In this document: one piece after another, positions 9,666 to 17,285 of the stretch
How positions within the stretch are numbered: the first letter of the stretch is position 1
How the letters are laid out: each line of letters begins with the position of its first letter
From: a virus
Lineage: Duplodnaviria; Caudoviricetes
Virus record (IMG/VR): IMGVR_UViG_3300035670_000219
Span: 1 to 60,868 of that record
DNA: 60,868 nucleotides
Reading direction: 5' to 3' (one strand)
Notes under the pieces: generated by a model
Database searches by the model: none
What the model saw: only the letters and a program-made list of their open reading frames with translations
Told to the model about the DNA's origin: nothing
Made by a program: the position numbers and the translations under genes

Positions 9666-9847
9666 ACTTCCGTTCGACTTTTAACTTCTACTTTAAAGGT
9701 TCGGTCTGGGAAAAAGTCCCTTTTTACAATGGTGTAAGCATGTAGATGCATTAGTGTGGGCAGATAAAAACAGTCCCCATCCATCGCATTATCCATGCGA
9801 CTCATGAGACTATTTATCCACTCACCCAAGCTGACATAGATGTCCAT
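9662..9847 (-). CDS. hypothetical protein
   Basis: 61 aa; stop overlaps the primase start. Confidence 0.55.
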   Translation of the reverse strand: MDIYVSLGEWINSLMSRMDNAMDGDCFYLPTLMHLHAYTIVKRDFFPDRTFKVEVKSRTEV

Positions 9848-9914
9848 GGGGAGGGGCCTGTTGTGCGTCTTCTTATCCTACGGCTCCCAACCCAGAGCGC
9901 TTACCAAAAAACTA

Positions 9915-10121
9915 TTAAGATTGTTGAGTCTTATTGGACTCACTTTCTTTGTATTTAACTCTCTTATCAATAGACAAAAACTCTTTCATTAAACGGTTGT
10001 AAATATCAACGGCATCCTCCTTGGTGACCACTGCCCTTTCACATGCGATCGTCCATGCCAGGCGCTTCCTGCACTCCATCTTTCCGTTGGGGTTGTATGA
10101 GACCATTGTACCAAGTCGCAC
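9915..10121 (-). CDS. hypothetical protein
   Basis: ORF track; co-oriented with neighbours. Confidence 0.5.
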   Translation of the reverse strand: MRLGTMVSYNPNGKMECRKRLAWTIACERAVVTKEDAVDIYNRLMKEFLSIDKRVKYKESESNKTQQS

Positions 10122-10148
10122 GTAGCTCTATTGCCCTACTTAGCTCCT

Positions 10149-11003
10149 TCAGATTAAATCAGCGTCATAATGACCGCAGTTTTCGATTTGCGTATAGTAT
10201 TCTGTCACCAGGGCGTACCAATCAGCATGTAATGCGTCCAAGTACTTTCTAGATATTTTAAATACTTGGGTACGAACAGGCGTTGAAACTAAAACAGCCG
10301 CTTGTTGTACTTTCATGCCTAAAGTCTGGGTAATACCCAAGTCGTAAGCTGCGAGCTGCTTTAGGCATTTTTTGAATTTAAGGTGACCACCAAGCAAATC
10401 CCTCCATTCTTGGGAGCCCTTCTCAAGATCTTTTGGCCACTTTCTACTGTAGGGTTTAACGCTTGTCTTGAGATCCGCTAGCGTTAACTTCCCGTTTACG
10501 ACAGCAATGATGTCAGGACTTCCTGACCAAGCGCGTCCCTCTTCGTCTTGTCCCCACACTCGACCAACTCCATCATCTGACAAAGCAAATTGATGTTTGT
10601 CTAACAGAGGAGTTTCAGCCCATATGATCTCATCAAATTGGTCAAGAATTGCGGGCATTCCCTGCCAAAACTCAGCATATTCCTCCGGTATCTCAGGGTT
10701 TTTGTCTCCTTTTAAGTAGCATTCCATGCCATAGTGAATGGCTGTACCTCGCTCTGCAGCCTGCTCCTTGACACCTGGATTATTCTTTGACCACATCTCA
10801 AGCTTTCGCTTGTTTGCTTCTGATGCGGTTTCCGAAAGGATAGTTGTTACACTGGGCGCCGGCCCTGTTACAAATGGCGTATGATAATGACGCTTACCAT
10901 TGATTGTAATTCGGGCGGGACGGCTGTTTAGCTCCCGCATTAACTCTGGTTGCTCTTGGTACTTTAGCGACCATGGATCGCTTGTTTCAATTTTAGCAAC
11001 CAT
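10149..11003 (-). CDS. PD-(D/E)XK exonuclease
   Basis: PSVTTILS, RGTAIH, E.PL, GSPDII, ADLKTS, QLAAY motifs. Confidence 0.88.
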   Translation of the reverse strand: MVAKIETSDPWSLKYQEQPELMRELNSRPARITINGKRHYHTPFVTGPAPSVTTILSETASEANKRKLEMWSKNNPGVKEQAAERGTAIHYGMECYLKGDKNPEIPEEYAEFWQGMPAILDQFDEIIWAETPLLDKHQFALSDDGVGRVWGQDEEGRAWSGSPDIIAVVNGKLTLADLKTSVKPYSRKWPKDLEKGSQEWRDLLGGHLKFKKCLKQLAAYDLGITQTLGMKVQQAAVLVSTPVRTQVFKISRKYLDALHADWYALVTEYYTQIENCGHYDADLI

Positions 11004-11055
11004 CGACAGTTTTGTGTATTATTTATAAGTTAACACAGTTGTCAAGGAGTTGTGA

Positions 11056-11160
11056 ATGGACGGGTTTAACTACGCAATTGCTTCAATCCTTGGCGCCATG
11101 CTTGTTGTGATTAGCATGGATGCCTACCTCTTTTTTACTGAAGTACTTTCTCGTCAATGA
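11056..11160 (+). CDS. small membrane protein (34 aa)
   Basis: MDGFNYAIASILGAMLVVISMDAYLFFTEVLSRQ*; AAGGAG upstream; ATGA overlap with the next gene. Confidence 0.5.
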   Translation: MDGFNYAIASILGAMLVVISMDAYLFFTEVLSRQ

Positions 11161-11399
11161 ACAAGTTTTGGCTTGGTATACAAGGCTACATTTCTTGCTT
11201 TGGTTGGATTTTTGTAGCAGTTGTTAAGTGGGCTTGCGAAGAATGCCCAGATCTTAAGTTTTGGAAACGACACACAAATCTAGACGACCACTTGTGGTAT
11301 GCCGAGCGAGTGAATGGGAGAATAGCAATGCTTACCCTTACATTCCTTCTACTTTGGAACTTGGCCCATGGGATGCAACTTAACTCGTTTTTACTTTGA
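11157..11399 (+). CDS. hli: high-light-inducible protein (HLIP/CAB family)
   Basis: AERVNGRIAML motif followed by a hydrophobic helix. Confidence 0.8.
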   Translation: MNKFWLGIQGYISCFGWIFVAVVKWACEECPDLKFWKRHTNLDDHLWYAERVNGRIAMLTLTFLLLWNLAHGMQLNSFLL

Positions 11400-11529
11400 T
11401 GTAGACGAAGACGGGCGCACTGGTATCTTTAATGGTAAGGTCTTTAAAGATGTCGAAACTATTGAAGCCGATGCTTATGAGCAAGAGCTTCGGGACCAAC
11501 AAATTCCTTACCTAAGAACTGATCTGTGA
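11368..11529 (+). CDS. small hypothetical protein (53 aa)
   Basis: Hand-translated MGCNLTRFYFDVDEDG...PYLRTDL*; GTGA overlap with the methyltransferase start. Confidence 0.5.
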   Translation: MGCNLTRFYFDVDEDGRTGIFNGKVFKDVETIEADAYEQELRDQQIPYLRTDL

Positions 11530-12137
11530 ACACTTACGAAGACCTGGCACCCTGGCAAGAATACTGGGAAAAGATCGGACCCCAACTCGGGAACCGTCAA
11601 AAGACTTTTGAAAAAATTTTTGATTACCTGCTGTGCATTGATGATCCTGTCATCATTGAAACAGGTACATATCGAGAAGAAAACAACTATGCAGGCGATG
11701 GGTGCTCAACCCTTCTCTTTGATAAATTTATCGAATGCAACAAAGGTGGAACAGTTATTTCTATTGATATTGACCCCAAGGCTTGCGCCTTGGCAAAAAA
11801 CAACACCAAATATACGCAAGTTATCTGTGGGGATTCAGTAGAAACACTAGCGCTTCTGGATACAAAGGTTGATCTCCTTTATTTGGATTCGTACAACATC
11901 CAAGATTGGTACAACGACTGGGCTCCTGCTGCTCACCATCTTAAGGAATTGTTTGCCGCCAAAAACCTCTTAGCATCAAGTGATACGTTGATCGTAGTGG
12001 ACGACAACCTTACAGCACCAGATGGTCGACGTTTAGGCAAAGGCCGTTTGATCTACGAACTTATGGAGTCTCTTGGTATTGATCCTGTCTTTGATGACTA
12101 CCAAATTGGTTGGGTATGGGAAGAAGAGTACGAGTAA
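11526..12137 (+). CDS. class I SAM-dependent methyltransferase-like protein
   Basis: IIETGT, SIDID, GDS, DLLYLDS, IVVDD motifs. Confidence 0.8.
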   Translation: MNTYEDLAPWQEYWEKIGPQLGNRQKTFEKIFDYLLCIDDPVIIETGTYREENNYAGDGCSTLLFDKFIECNKGGTVISIDIDPKACALAKNNTKYTQVICGDSVETLALLDTKVDLLYLDSYNIQDWYNDWAPAAHHLKELFAAKNLLASSDTLIVVDDNLTAPDGRRLGKGRLIYELMESLGIDPVFDDYQIGWVWEEEYE

Positions 12138-12216
12138 ACCGCATATTCTTGGTGAGTTAACCCAACACTTCTTTTGTTTTATCTTGCAACAATAAATTAG
12201 TTGCTACGATAGACAC

Positions 12217-12459
12217 ATGGTTATCATTCCTGTTATTCGTAAACCCCGCGCATCTGAAATGTCTCTTTCTACTCAGGTTAAAGAAGCAGTCGATCAAGCA
12301 GCCAATGCATTGCGCGATGCTCTCGCATTTGCTGCACGCACCGAACATCCGTTAACTGTTAACACGCTTGCCGATCTTCTTTGCCGCCTGGAATCCATTG
12401 AACAAGTTGATGAGTTAATGCACCATTTCTCGAAAAAAAATGAGAACACGGCAAAGTAA
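12217..12459 (+). CDS. conserved cyanophage hypothetical protein (start probably 12259)
   Basis: LS.QVKEAV..A...LRDALAFAAR.E.P pattern. Confidence 0.6.
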   Translation: MVIIPVIRKPRASEMSLSTQVKEAVDQAANALRDALAFAARTEHPLTVNTLADLLCRLESIEQVDELMHHFSKKNENTAK

Positions 12460-12581
12460 AACCGACAAGGAACGCCTAGAAGAATACTTTTACAAGTTGA
12501 GGTCTGTGATACCAGAGCCTCCAAGGAATTGGGCTGTGAATGCTCAACCATGTAAGTGGAAAAAATTATTAGAAGAAAAAT

Positions 12582-13115
12582 TTAAATCTGATTGAGTCTT
12601 GCAAAGTCCCCATGAAGTTTTAATGCTTTTACGTTATATGCTTGTGCAGCTTCTAATTCGGTTTTGTAATATCCAATTGCACCTCTTTTTCCATTGCAGC
12701 ATATTGTAGCAATCCATTTTTGGTTTTTTGCACACCAATAAACCCCTTTATGCTTACTAGTTGCTTTTAATTTTGCTTTGCCTTGGTTCCATTTGTTTTC
12801 ATTTAAGTTTGCTAGCCGTAAATTATTGATACAATTATTTGCTTTGTTTAAATCAATATGATCAATTATATGTTGATCAATATTTGTTTTATGATGCATA
12901 AAATATATAACTCTATGCGCCATTAATATTTTATTTTTTCCATTTACTTTTAATCCAATAACCCAATACCCTTTTTTATTTAGGCAGCCAGCAAAGTCTC
13001 CTGCTTTTATTTTTTTACCGTTTGCTTTACACCAGCTAAGACCACTAGGTGATACCGGATTTATTTGAAGCAGATCTTCAAGAAAGGAAAGCGGCGGGAG
13101 CGGGGTAGTCTTCAT
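12582..13115 (-). CDS. HNH-AP2 homing endonuclease
   Basis: AHRVIY...IDHID.N..NN.INNLR.A; SKHKGV.W....KW.A.I...G.Y.TE.EAA.AYN. Confidence 0.9.
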   Translation of the reverse strand: MKTTPLPPLSFLEDLLQINPVSPSGLSWCKANGKKIKAGDFAGCLNKKGYWVIGLKVNGKNKILMAHRVIYFMHHKTNIDQHIIDHIDLNKANNCINNLRLANLNENKWNQGKAKLKATSKHKGVYWCAKNQKWIATICCNGKRGAIGYYKTELEAAQAYNVKALKLHGDFARLNQI

Positions 13116-13172
13116 GAACGGATCCTAGCAAATGATGGGCTAAAATACTAGAAGAACGAAAGAATAATCCTG

Positions 13173-13478
13173 ATGCCACAGGATGATAGCAAATACTCAA
13201 AACCTGAGTTACGTGAGCGGATTAAAGACCGTGTAATGGCCGGGTCCAAAGGTGGAAAGCCTGGCCAGTGGTCTGCGCGTAAGGCACAGCTTGTTGCGCA
13301 AGAGTATAAAGAAGCGGGTGGTAGTTACAAAGGTGGTAAAGGCGAGAAGCAGAAGTCCCTGGAGAAGTGGGGCAAAGAAAATTGGAGCACTCGAGAAGAA
13401 TACGAAAAGGGCTTGAAAGCTGCTAAAGTAGCCAAAAAAGCAAAGCAACGCAGTGCCCAGAAAAATTCACGGTCATAG
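13173..13478 (+). CDS. DUF5872-like protein, N-terminal half
   Basis: KPELRERIK..VMAGSKGGKPGQWSARKAQL.AQEYK.AGG.Y motif. Confidence 0.7.
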   Translation: MPQDDSKYSKPELRERIKDRVMAGSKGGKPGQWSARKAQLVAQEYKEAGGSYKGGKGEKQKSLEKWGKENWSTREEYEKGLKAAKVAKKAKQRSAQKNSRS

Positions 13479-13923
13479 CTTAGGCAAGCGGGGAGAAACA
13501 AAACGTTCAGCCACGTATAACAGCTGGCGCGCAATGTATGATCGTTGTTTTTTAAAGTCAAGCGTTAGTTACAAATATTATGGCGCTATTGGAATCACTG
13601 TTTGCGATCGGTGGCGTTGTTTTGAATTCTTTTTAGAAGATATGGGAGAAAGACCTGAAGGCTGTGTTCTTTCTCGGTTTAATGATCAAGGTAATTATCA
13701 ACCGGGCAACGTTACGTGGAAGCTGTTAGAAGAGAATTCTTCAGAAAAGAAATCAGCAGTTGGCAGCAAGGTTGGCAGCTCTAAATTAGTAGAGGATCAA
13801 ATTTTAAAAATTAGAAAACTTGGAAACAAAGGATATGGCATGCGTGAGCTGGGAAGAATGTTTAATGTAAATCACAAAACTATTTCGGCTATTATAAAAA
13901 GAAAGACCTGGAATCATATTTAA
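13453..13923 (+). CDS. HNH-like homing endonuclease with C-terminal HTH
   Basis: TYNSWRAM..RC......Y.YYG..GITVCDRW..FE.FLEDMGERP....L.R.N..GNY.PGN..W; SKL.E.QI..IR...F.V....IS.I...K.W.HI. Confidence 0.85.
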   Translation: MPRKIHGHSLGKRGETKRSATYNSWRAMYDRCFLKSSVSYKYYGAIGITVCDRWRCFEFFLEDMGERPEGCVLSRFNDQGNYQPGNVTWKLLEENSSEKKSAVGSKVGSSKLVEDQILKIRKLGNKGYGMRELGRMFNVNHKTISAIIKRKTWNHI

Positions 13924-13924
13924 A

Positions 13925-14134
13925 ATGGCCATTGACAAGGCTATACAAAAGGGATACACCAAGCGCTACCTACCCGAAAAGGCTTGGGCCTCACTGTCTA
14001 AAGAAGAACGGGAAGAGACTGATCAAAAGAAAAGAGCTGGCAGTCGCAAAGGTAAACAGTTCATCCCAAACACTGAGAAAGCAAAGAAAGCAGGTAAAGC
14101 TGCCCGTGCCGCCAAACGTTACAAGAATAAGTAG
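13925..14134 (+). CDS. DUF5872-like protein, C-terminal half
   Basis: KAIQ...TKRYLPEKAW..LS.EER..TD.KKR.GS..GKQF..NT motif. Confidence 0.65.
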   Translation: MAIDKAIQKGYTKRYLPEKAWASLSKEEREETDQKKRAGSRKGKQFIPNTEKAKKAGKAARAAKRYKNK

Positions 14135-14167
14135 TCCATTTATACTTAACAAAGATTCCGTATCCCC

Positions 14168-14317
14168 ATGGAAAAAAAGAAACCCGTGCCTCCTAAGAAG
14201 GCTGCTGTACCTGCCAAAGGGAAAGGTGGTGCATCTGCTAAGCAGACTGAAGCACGCAATAAGTTTAAAGAAATGATTGCCAAGAAGAAAGAAGCTGCTG
14301 CCAAAAAGAAAAAGTGA
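14168..14317 (+). CDS. small Lys/Ala-rich basic protein (49 aa)
   Basis: Hand-translated MEKKKPVPPKKAAVPAKGKGGASAKQTEARNKFKEMIAKKKEAAAKKKK*. Confidence 0.6.
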   Translation: MEKKKPVPPKKAAVPAKGKGGASAKQTEARNKFKEMIAKKKEAAAKKKK

Positions 14318-14340
14318 CACTCTTGTTGTGATATCCTGAC

Positions 14341-14458
14341 AGCGGAGCAATACCGCTCTAAGGGTAATAGTCGAAACCCTTTCCACGTTACAAATACGTG
14401 GTGCTCACAAGAGCGCGGAAGGAAGCTATGATCCCGGCATAGTACACCGGGATTTTTT
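14341..14458 (+). ncRNA. multi-hairpin structured leader ending in an intrinsic terminator
   Basis: Stems AGCGG/CCGCT, AAGGGT/ACCCTT, CCACGT/ACGTGG, GTGCTC/GAGCGC, then ATCCCGG/CCGGGAT plus a T-run directly before ATG 14459. Confidence 0.55.
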
Positions 14459-15130
14459 ATGACGACTCTTGTAGCCAATGTGCCGCCAGTGAAGGTGTGG
14501 ATTCGACGGGAATATTTGAGAGATCTGCATGATGGGTATGGGGAATACACGCCAGCATATTGGGTGACTTGTAAATCCTTGACTGGTAGAGCTTTATATT
14601 TTGAAGCGTATTTAACAGAGTTTGGATGCCTTTACGACAAGCTTCCCATCAGCGCATTCCTTGCGTGGGACCCTGATCATCCGGACAAACCAGAAGCACC
14701 TACCCCAGATTTGGAACTAACCGACCTGCAGTTCTGGAATGGATTTGATCATGGTCTGACGATCATCGAAAAGAATCTGATCTTTAACATGCAGTTCCAA
14801 GTTATGACACGCACGCAGGGTGTGATGACGGGCACATACTTATTTACAGTTGATAACTATCATCCACATAGAAACGAACCGGACTTTTACTTTGCGGAAT
14901 TTCCTGACGAGCATAAGTCCCACAACATTGTGGCTTTGGACAACGGTCAAATTGGCGCTTATCCCAACAATCGTTGTCGAATGGTTGATCCATCGCTCAC
15001 CAACCACGACCTAAAGACACCAGACTTTAAGGTATCGACCAGATACTTTGATGTAGAACACGCCCCCAAATGGGGACGGCTGGGTGAATGTGACGATTAC
15101 TTTTGGAAAACACCCAATGAATGTGTATAA
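14459..15130 (+). CDS. conserved phage protein of unknown function
   Basis: RREYL.D...GE, KS..GRA..FE, LYDKLPISAF, EHKS, LDNGQ..AYPNNR motifs. Confidence 0.7.
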   Translation: MTTLVANVPPVKVWIRREYLRDLHDGYGEYTPAYWVTCKSLTGRALYFEAYLTEFGCLYDKLPISAFLAWDPDHPDKPEAPTPDLELTDLQFWNGFDHGLTIIEKNLIFNMQFQVMTRTQGVMTGTYLFTVDNYHPHRNEPDFYFAEFPDEHKSHNIVALDNGQIGAYPNNRCRMVDPSLTNHDLKTPDFKVSTRYFDVEHAPKWGRLGECDDYFWKTPNECV

Positions 15131-15131
15131 T
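15126..15131 (+). promoter_or_regulatory. -10 box upstream of the RNA gene cluster
   Basis: TATAAT about 8 nt before the first structured element. Confidence 0.5.
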
Positions 15132-15138
15132 AAATGAG

Positions 15139-15335
15139 TTCCCCCTCTCTTTTGATGGGGCTCAGTTGGCCGCTGATGCGCCGGGGACCCACTTGGCAAG
15201 CGCGAAGGCCTGGGGTGACTCGCTAGGCAGATAGCCTAGAAGGAGAGCCAAGATAGAGGTGCAGTCACTGATTGGATACGCCTGGTTAACTCACAGCCCG
15301 ATTGTCGGTAAGCCAGTCACACTGCATCCATCTAT
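15139..15335 (+). ncRNA. unidentified structured RNA(s) upstream of the tRNA-like gene
   Basis: ATAGA-GGTGCAGT/ACTGCATC-TCTAT stem (15253-15335) with inner TGATTGG/CCAGTCA; CTAGGC/GCCTAG hairpin; no credible ORF. Confidence 0.5.
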
Positions 15336-15336
15336 A

Positions 15337-15407
15337 CGGTCGGTAGTCTATTGGTAAGGACAGGCAGACAATGCACAAGAAAGCTGGTTCGATTCCAGCA
15401 CGACCGA
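15337..15407 (+). tRNA. tRNA-like RNA with aberrant anticodon arm (possibly Val-GAC derived)
   Basis: Acceptor CGGTCG/CGACCG, D-arm GTCT/GGAC, T-arm GCTGG-TTCGATT-CCAGC; anticodon arm only GCA-GACAA-TGC. Confidence 0.65.
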
Positions 15408-15408
15408 T

Positions 15409-15533
15409 AGGGTACGACAAGGAACGTCGTATTAAATGAAGAGTCCCCTCGGCTGCATCGTAGATTCACCGTTAAGTTTGTGGTAACACAGCCCTAGCGA
15501 TGGTCGGTGAACGTAGGCAGACACTCTCGCCCT
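15409..15533 (+). ncRNA. unidentified structured RNA between tRNA genes
   Basis: AGGGT/GCCCT closure; TACGAC/GTCGTA, GAGT/ACTC, CTGC/GCAG, TTCACCG/CGGTGAA and TGTG/CACA stems. Confidence 0.5.
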
Positions 15534-15539
15534 CCCTTC

Positions 15540-15575
15540 CGGGGATTAGCTCAGCTTGGCCAGAGCGCATCTGCT
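15540..15575 (+). pseudogene. 5' half of an interrupted tRNA (Pro-like)
   Basis: CGGGGAT-TA-GCTC-AGCTTGGCCA-GAGC-GCATCTGCT: acceptor 5' strand, D-arm and anticodon-stem 5' strand. Confidence 0.8.
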
Positions 15576-16060
15576 AAACTGATCGAACCCCTCGGGGTGT
15601 AGTAGAAAAGTATCACGCCGTCTTTGGGAGGCGGAGGAGAAGGGGCAGTACCTTCCACCCCGATTTTTATGGTCTCAAAAATTTCTGATTACAAAAAACG
15701 TCGCCAAGAGATGATTGATTTTCTTGGCGGTGTTTGCGTTAAATGCGGATGTTCTGATTTGTTGCATATTGATCACATAGATCACAATTCCAAAAGTTTT
15801 AATATTAGCTGCAAGTGGTCAACCCATTGGGATATATTGGAGGCAGAGCTTAAAAAGTGTCAGTTACTTTGTAAACCCTGTCATCACGATAAGACTTTAG
15901 AAGAAGGAAGTTATGGGAAAGGCTGGACCAACGAAAAACGACAAACACACGGGACAGTTTGGTCGTATTCTAAATATGGATGTCGGTGTGATTTATGCAA
16001 AACAGCAAAAAGCCAGGCGAGCAAAAGGCAAAGAGAGTTAAAAAAACAAAAAGTTAAATA
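15576..16060 (+). mobile_element. 485-bp insert (tRNA-Pro + HNH) in a tRNA anticodon loop
   Basis: Bounded by two complementary tRNA halves. Confidence 0.7.
15593..15663 (+). tRNA. trnP: tRNA-Pro(TGG) with non-canonical D-arm and T-loop
   Basis: Acceptor CGGGGTG/CACCCCG-A; anticodon arm CCGTC-TTTGGGA-GGCGG; T-arm GAAGG-GGCAGTA-CCTTC. Confidence 0.82.
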
Positions 16061-16061
16061 G
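15669..16061 (+). CDS. HNH endonuclease
   Basis: LGGVCVKCG....LHIDHID...K.F......ELKKCQLLC..CH; ATG follows the inner tRNA after 5 nt (the track's 15624 start lies inside the tRNA). Confidence 0.88.
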   Translation: MVSKISDYKKRRQEMIDFLGGVCVKCGCSDLLHIDHIDHNSKSFNISCKWSTHWDILEAELKKCQLLCKPCHHDKTLEEGSYGKGWTNEKRQTHGTVWSYSKYGCRCDLCKTAKSQASKRQRELKKQKVK

Positions 16062-16096
16062 AGCAGATGCCGCAGGTTCGAATTCTGCATCTCCGA
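16061..16096 (+). pseudogene. 3' half of the interrupted tRNA (Pro-like)
   Basis: GA-GCAGATGCC-GCAGG-TTCGAAT-TCTGC-ATCTCCG-A; ATCTCCG pairs with CGGGGAT at 15540. Confidence 0.8.
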
Positions 16097-16149
16097 TATC
16101 AACAATTCCAATAAAAGCGTTATATTAATTACACGAATAAAAACTATGA

Positions 16150-16404
16150 ATGCCCTGGAGAGATTCCAAGGAACGCATCAACAAGAATCGACAGAAGCTT
16201 CTGGAGTACAAGAAGACTCTGCAGTGCGAGAAGTGTGGGTTGGATGATCACCGTGTTTTAGAGTTTCATCACATTGGAGATAAGGATAACAACATCTCCA
16301 GCATGGTGAACCATGGCTACGCCTGGAGCAGGGTGGAGGAAGAGATTAGTAAATGCATTCCGTTATGCTGTAATTGCCATAGGCTTGAGCACTGGGTTAA
16401 TTAA
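16150..16404 (+). CDS. small HNH endonuclease
   Basis: CEKCG.DD.RVLEFHH...K...IS.....EEISKC..LC.NCHR.EH. Confidence 0.85.
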   Translation: MPWRDSKERINKNRQKLLEYKKTLQCEKCGLDDHRVLEFHHIGDKDNNISSMVNHGYAWSRVEEEISKCIPLCCNCHRLEHWVN

Positions 16405-17285
16405 CGAGCATTGATTGGCTCAACTCGTCCATCTGGGTAGACTTGTAAGCGAATAGGATATGGCGTACCCACGCCCATTGTAAGTAATTTTGTTCCAGCT
16501 TGCACAGGGTTTAATATAGTTTTATTTTTGGTAGCATCCTGAAGTCTTTTATTGGTATCTTCATCAGTACCACCTTTGTCTTTTGGTGCATAGAAAAAGT
16601 CGTATTTGTCGGAAACAATGTAGGAATTGTCTTTTTGTGGTTCTGCCCAAAACTGCCCAAGACCAAAAGCAGTTTCTGTTCTACCATAATTTATGTTTCC
16701 GAAATCATTGTCGTATCGCACAGGTACATGGCCTTTGCCGAGACGCTGCAATGCACCGCTGTCTTGACCATATGCAGCGTACAAACGTTCCATTGCAGCC
16801 CCATCTGTCCAGTTTTTCATTCCTTGGATAGGCTCATGGCTTTTTGTAATTACATCGTAAATTTCACGACCAGTTTCTGGACCAATTTCAAGATCTTTAG
16901 TGCCAGCACCAGACATATAGCGAAGGAATAAATTTGTCCTTAGATCGTATTGATTGGCGACTTGTGGATTTGCGCTATAGTAGTTAGAAACTAATTTAAT
17001 ATCATTTGGATTTGCTTGTGCCAGACCCAAAGGACTTGCACCTGCTTTTGTTATTGCGTCGATAGCATTAAGAGGCTGCCAACTATTGCGAAATTGTCCA
17101 GGTCGTCCAGCCCATGGTTGCCCTTGCTTTGTATTAGTTGGTCCAAGATCTTGTTTCCATTTAGGTTGTTCTGGTTTTGGACGAGCGGCGCCACCAGGTA
17201 ATAAACCACCAAATAAGTTTTTATCTACTTGTCCGTAACTACGTTGTGCACGATTTAAAAATTGTTGAAAAAGTTCTCCCATCAA
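16401..17285 (-). CDS. hypothetical protein
   Basis: 294-aa ORF; LGQF...Y.V.DKYDF pattern. Confidence 0.6.
   Translation of the reverse strand: MMGELFQQFLNRAQRSYGQVDKNLFGGLLPGGAARPKPEQPKWKQDLGPTNTKQGQPWAGRPGQFRNSWQPLNAIDAITKAGASPLGLAQANPNDIKLVSNYYSANPQVANQYDLRTNLFLRYMSGAGTKDLEIGPETGREIYDVITKSHEPIQGMKNWTDGAAMERLYAAYGQDSGALQRLGKGHVPVRYDNDFGNINYGRTETAFGLGQFWAEPQKDNSYIVSDKYDFFYAPKDKGGTDEDTNKRLQDATKNKTILNPVQAGTKLLTMGVGTPYPIRLQVYPDGRVEPINAR

Noticed and set aside
13453-13923. Group I intron around the HNH that splits the DUF5872-like gene
   Set aside because: There is no non-coding space for a ribozyme core; the ORFs abut or overlap.
14411-14426. CGGAAGGAAGC resembles the SRP RNA helix-8 motif
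   Set aside because: The upstream CAGG and downstream AGCAG partners and the long SRP hairpin are missing.
15157-15250. GGGGCT start like tmRNA, and CTGATG...CGAA like a hammerhead core
   Set aside because: No tmRNA T-arm/CCA end or tag frame is present, and the hammerhead CUGANGA and GAAA cores are incomplete.
15624-15668. N-terminal extension of the HNH ORF in the track
   Set aside because: It overlaps the inner tRNA-Pro; ATG 15669 is the sensible start.
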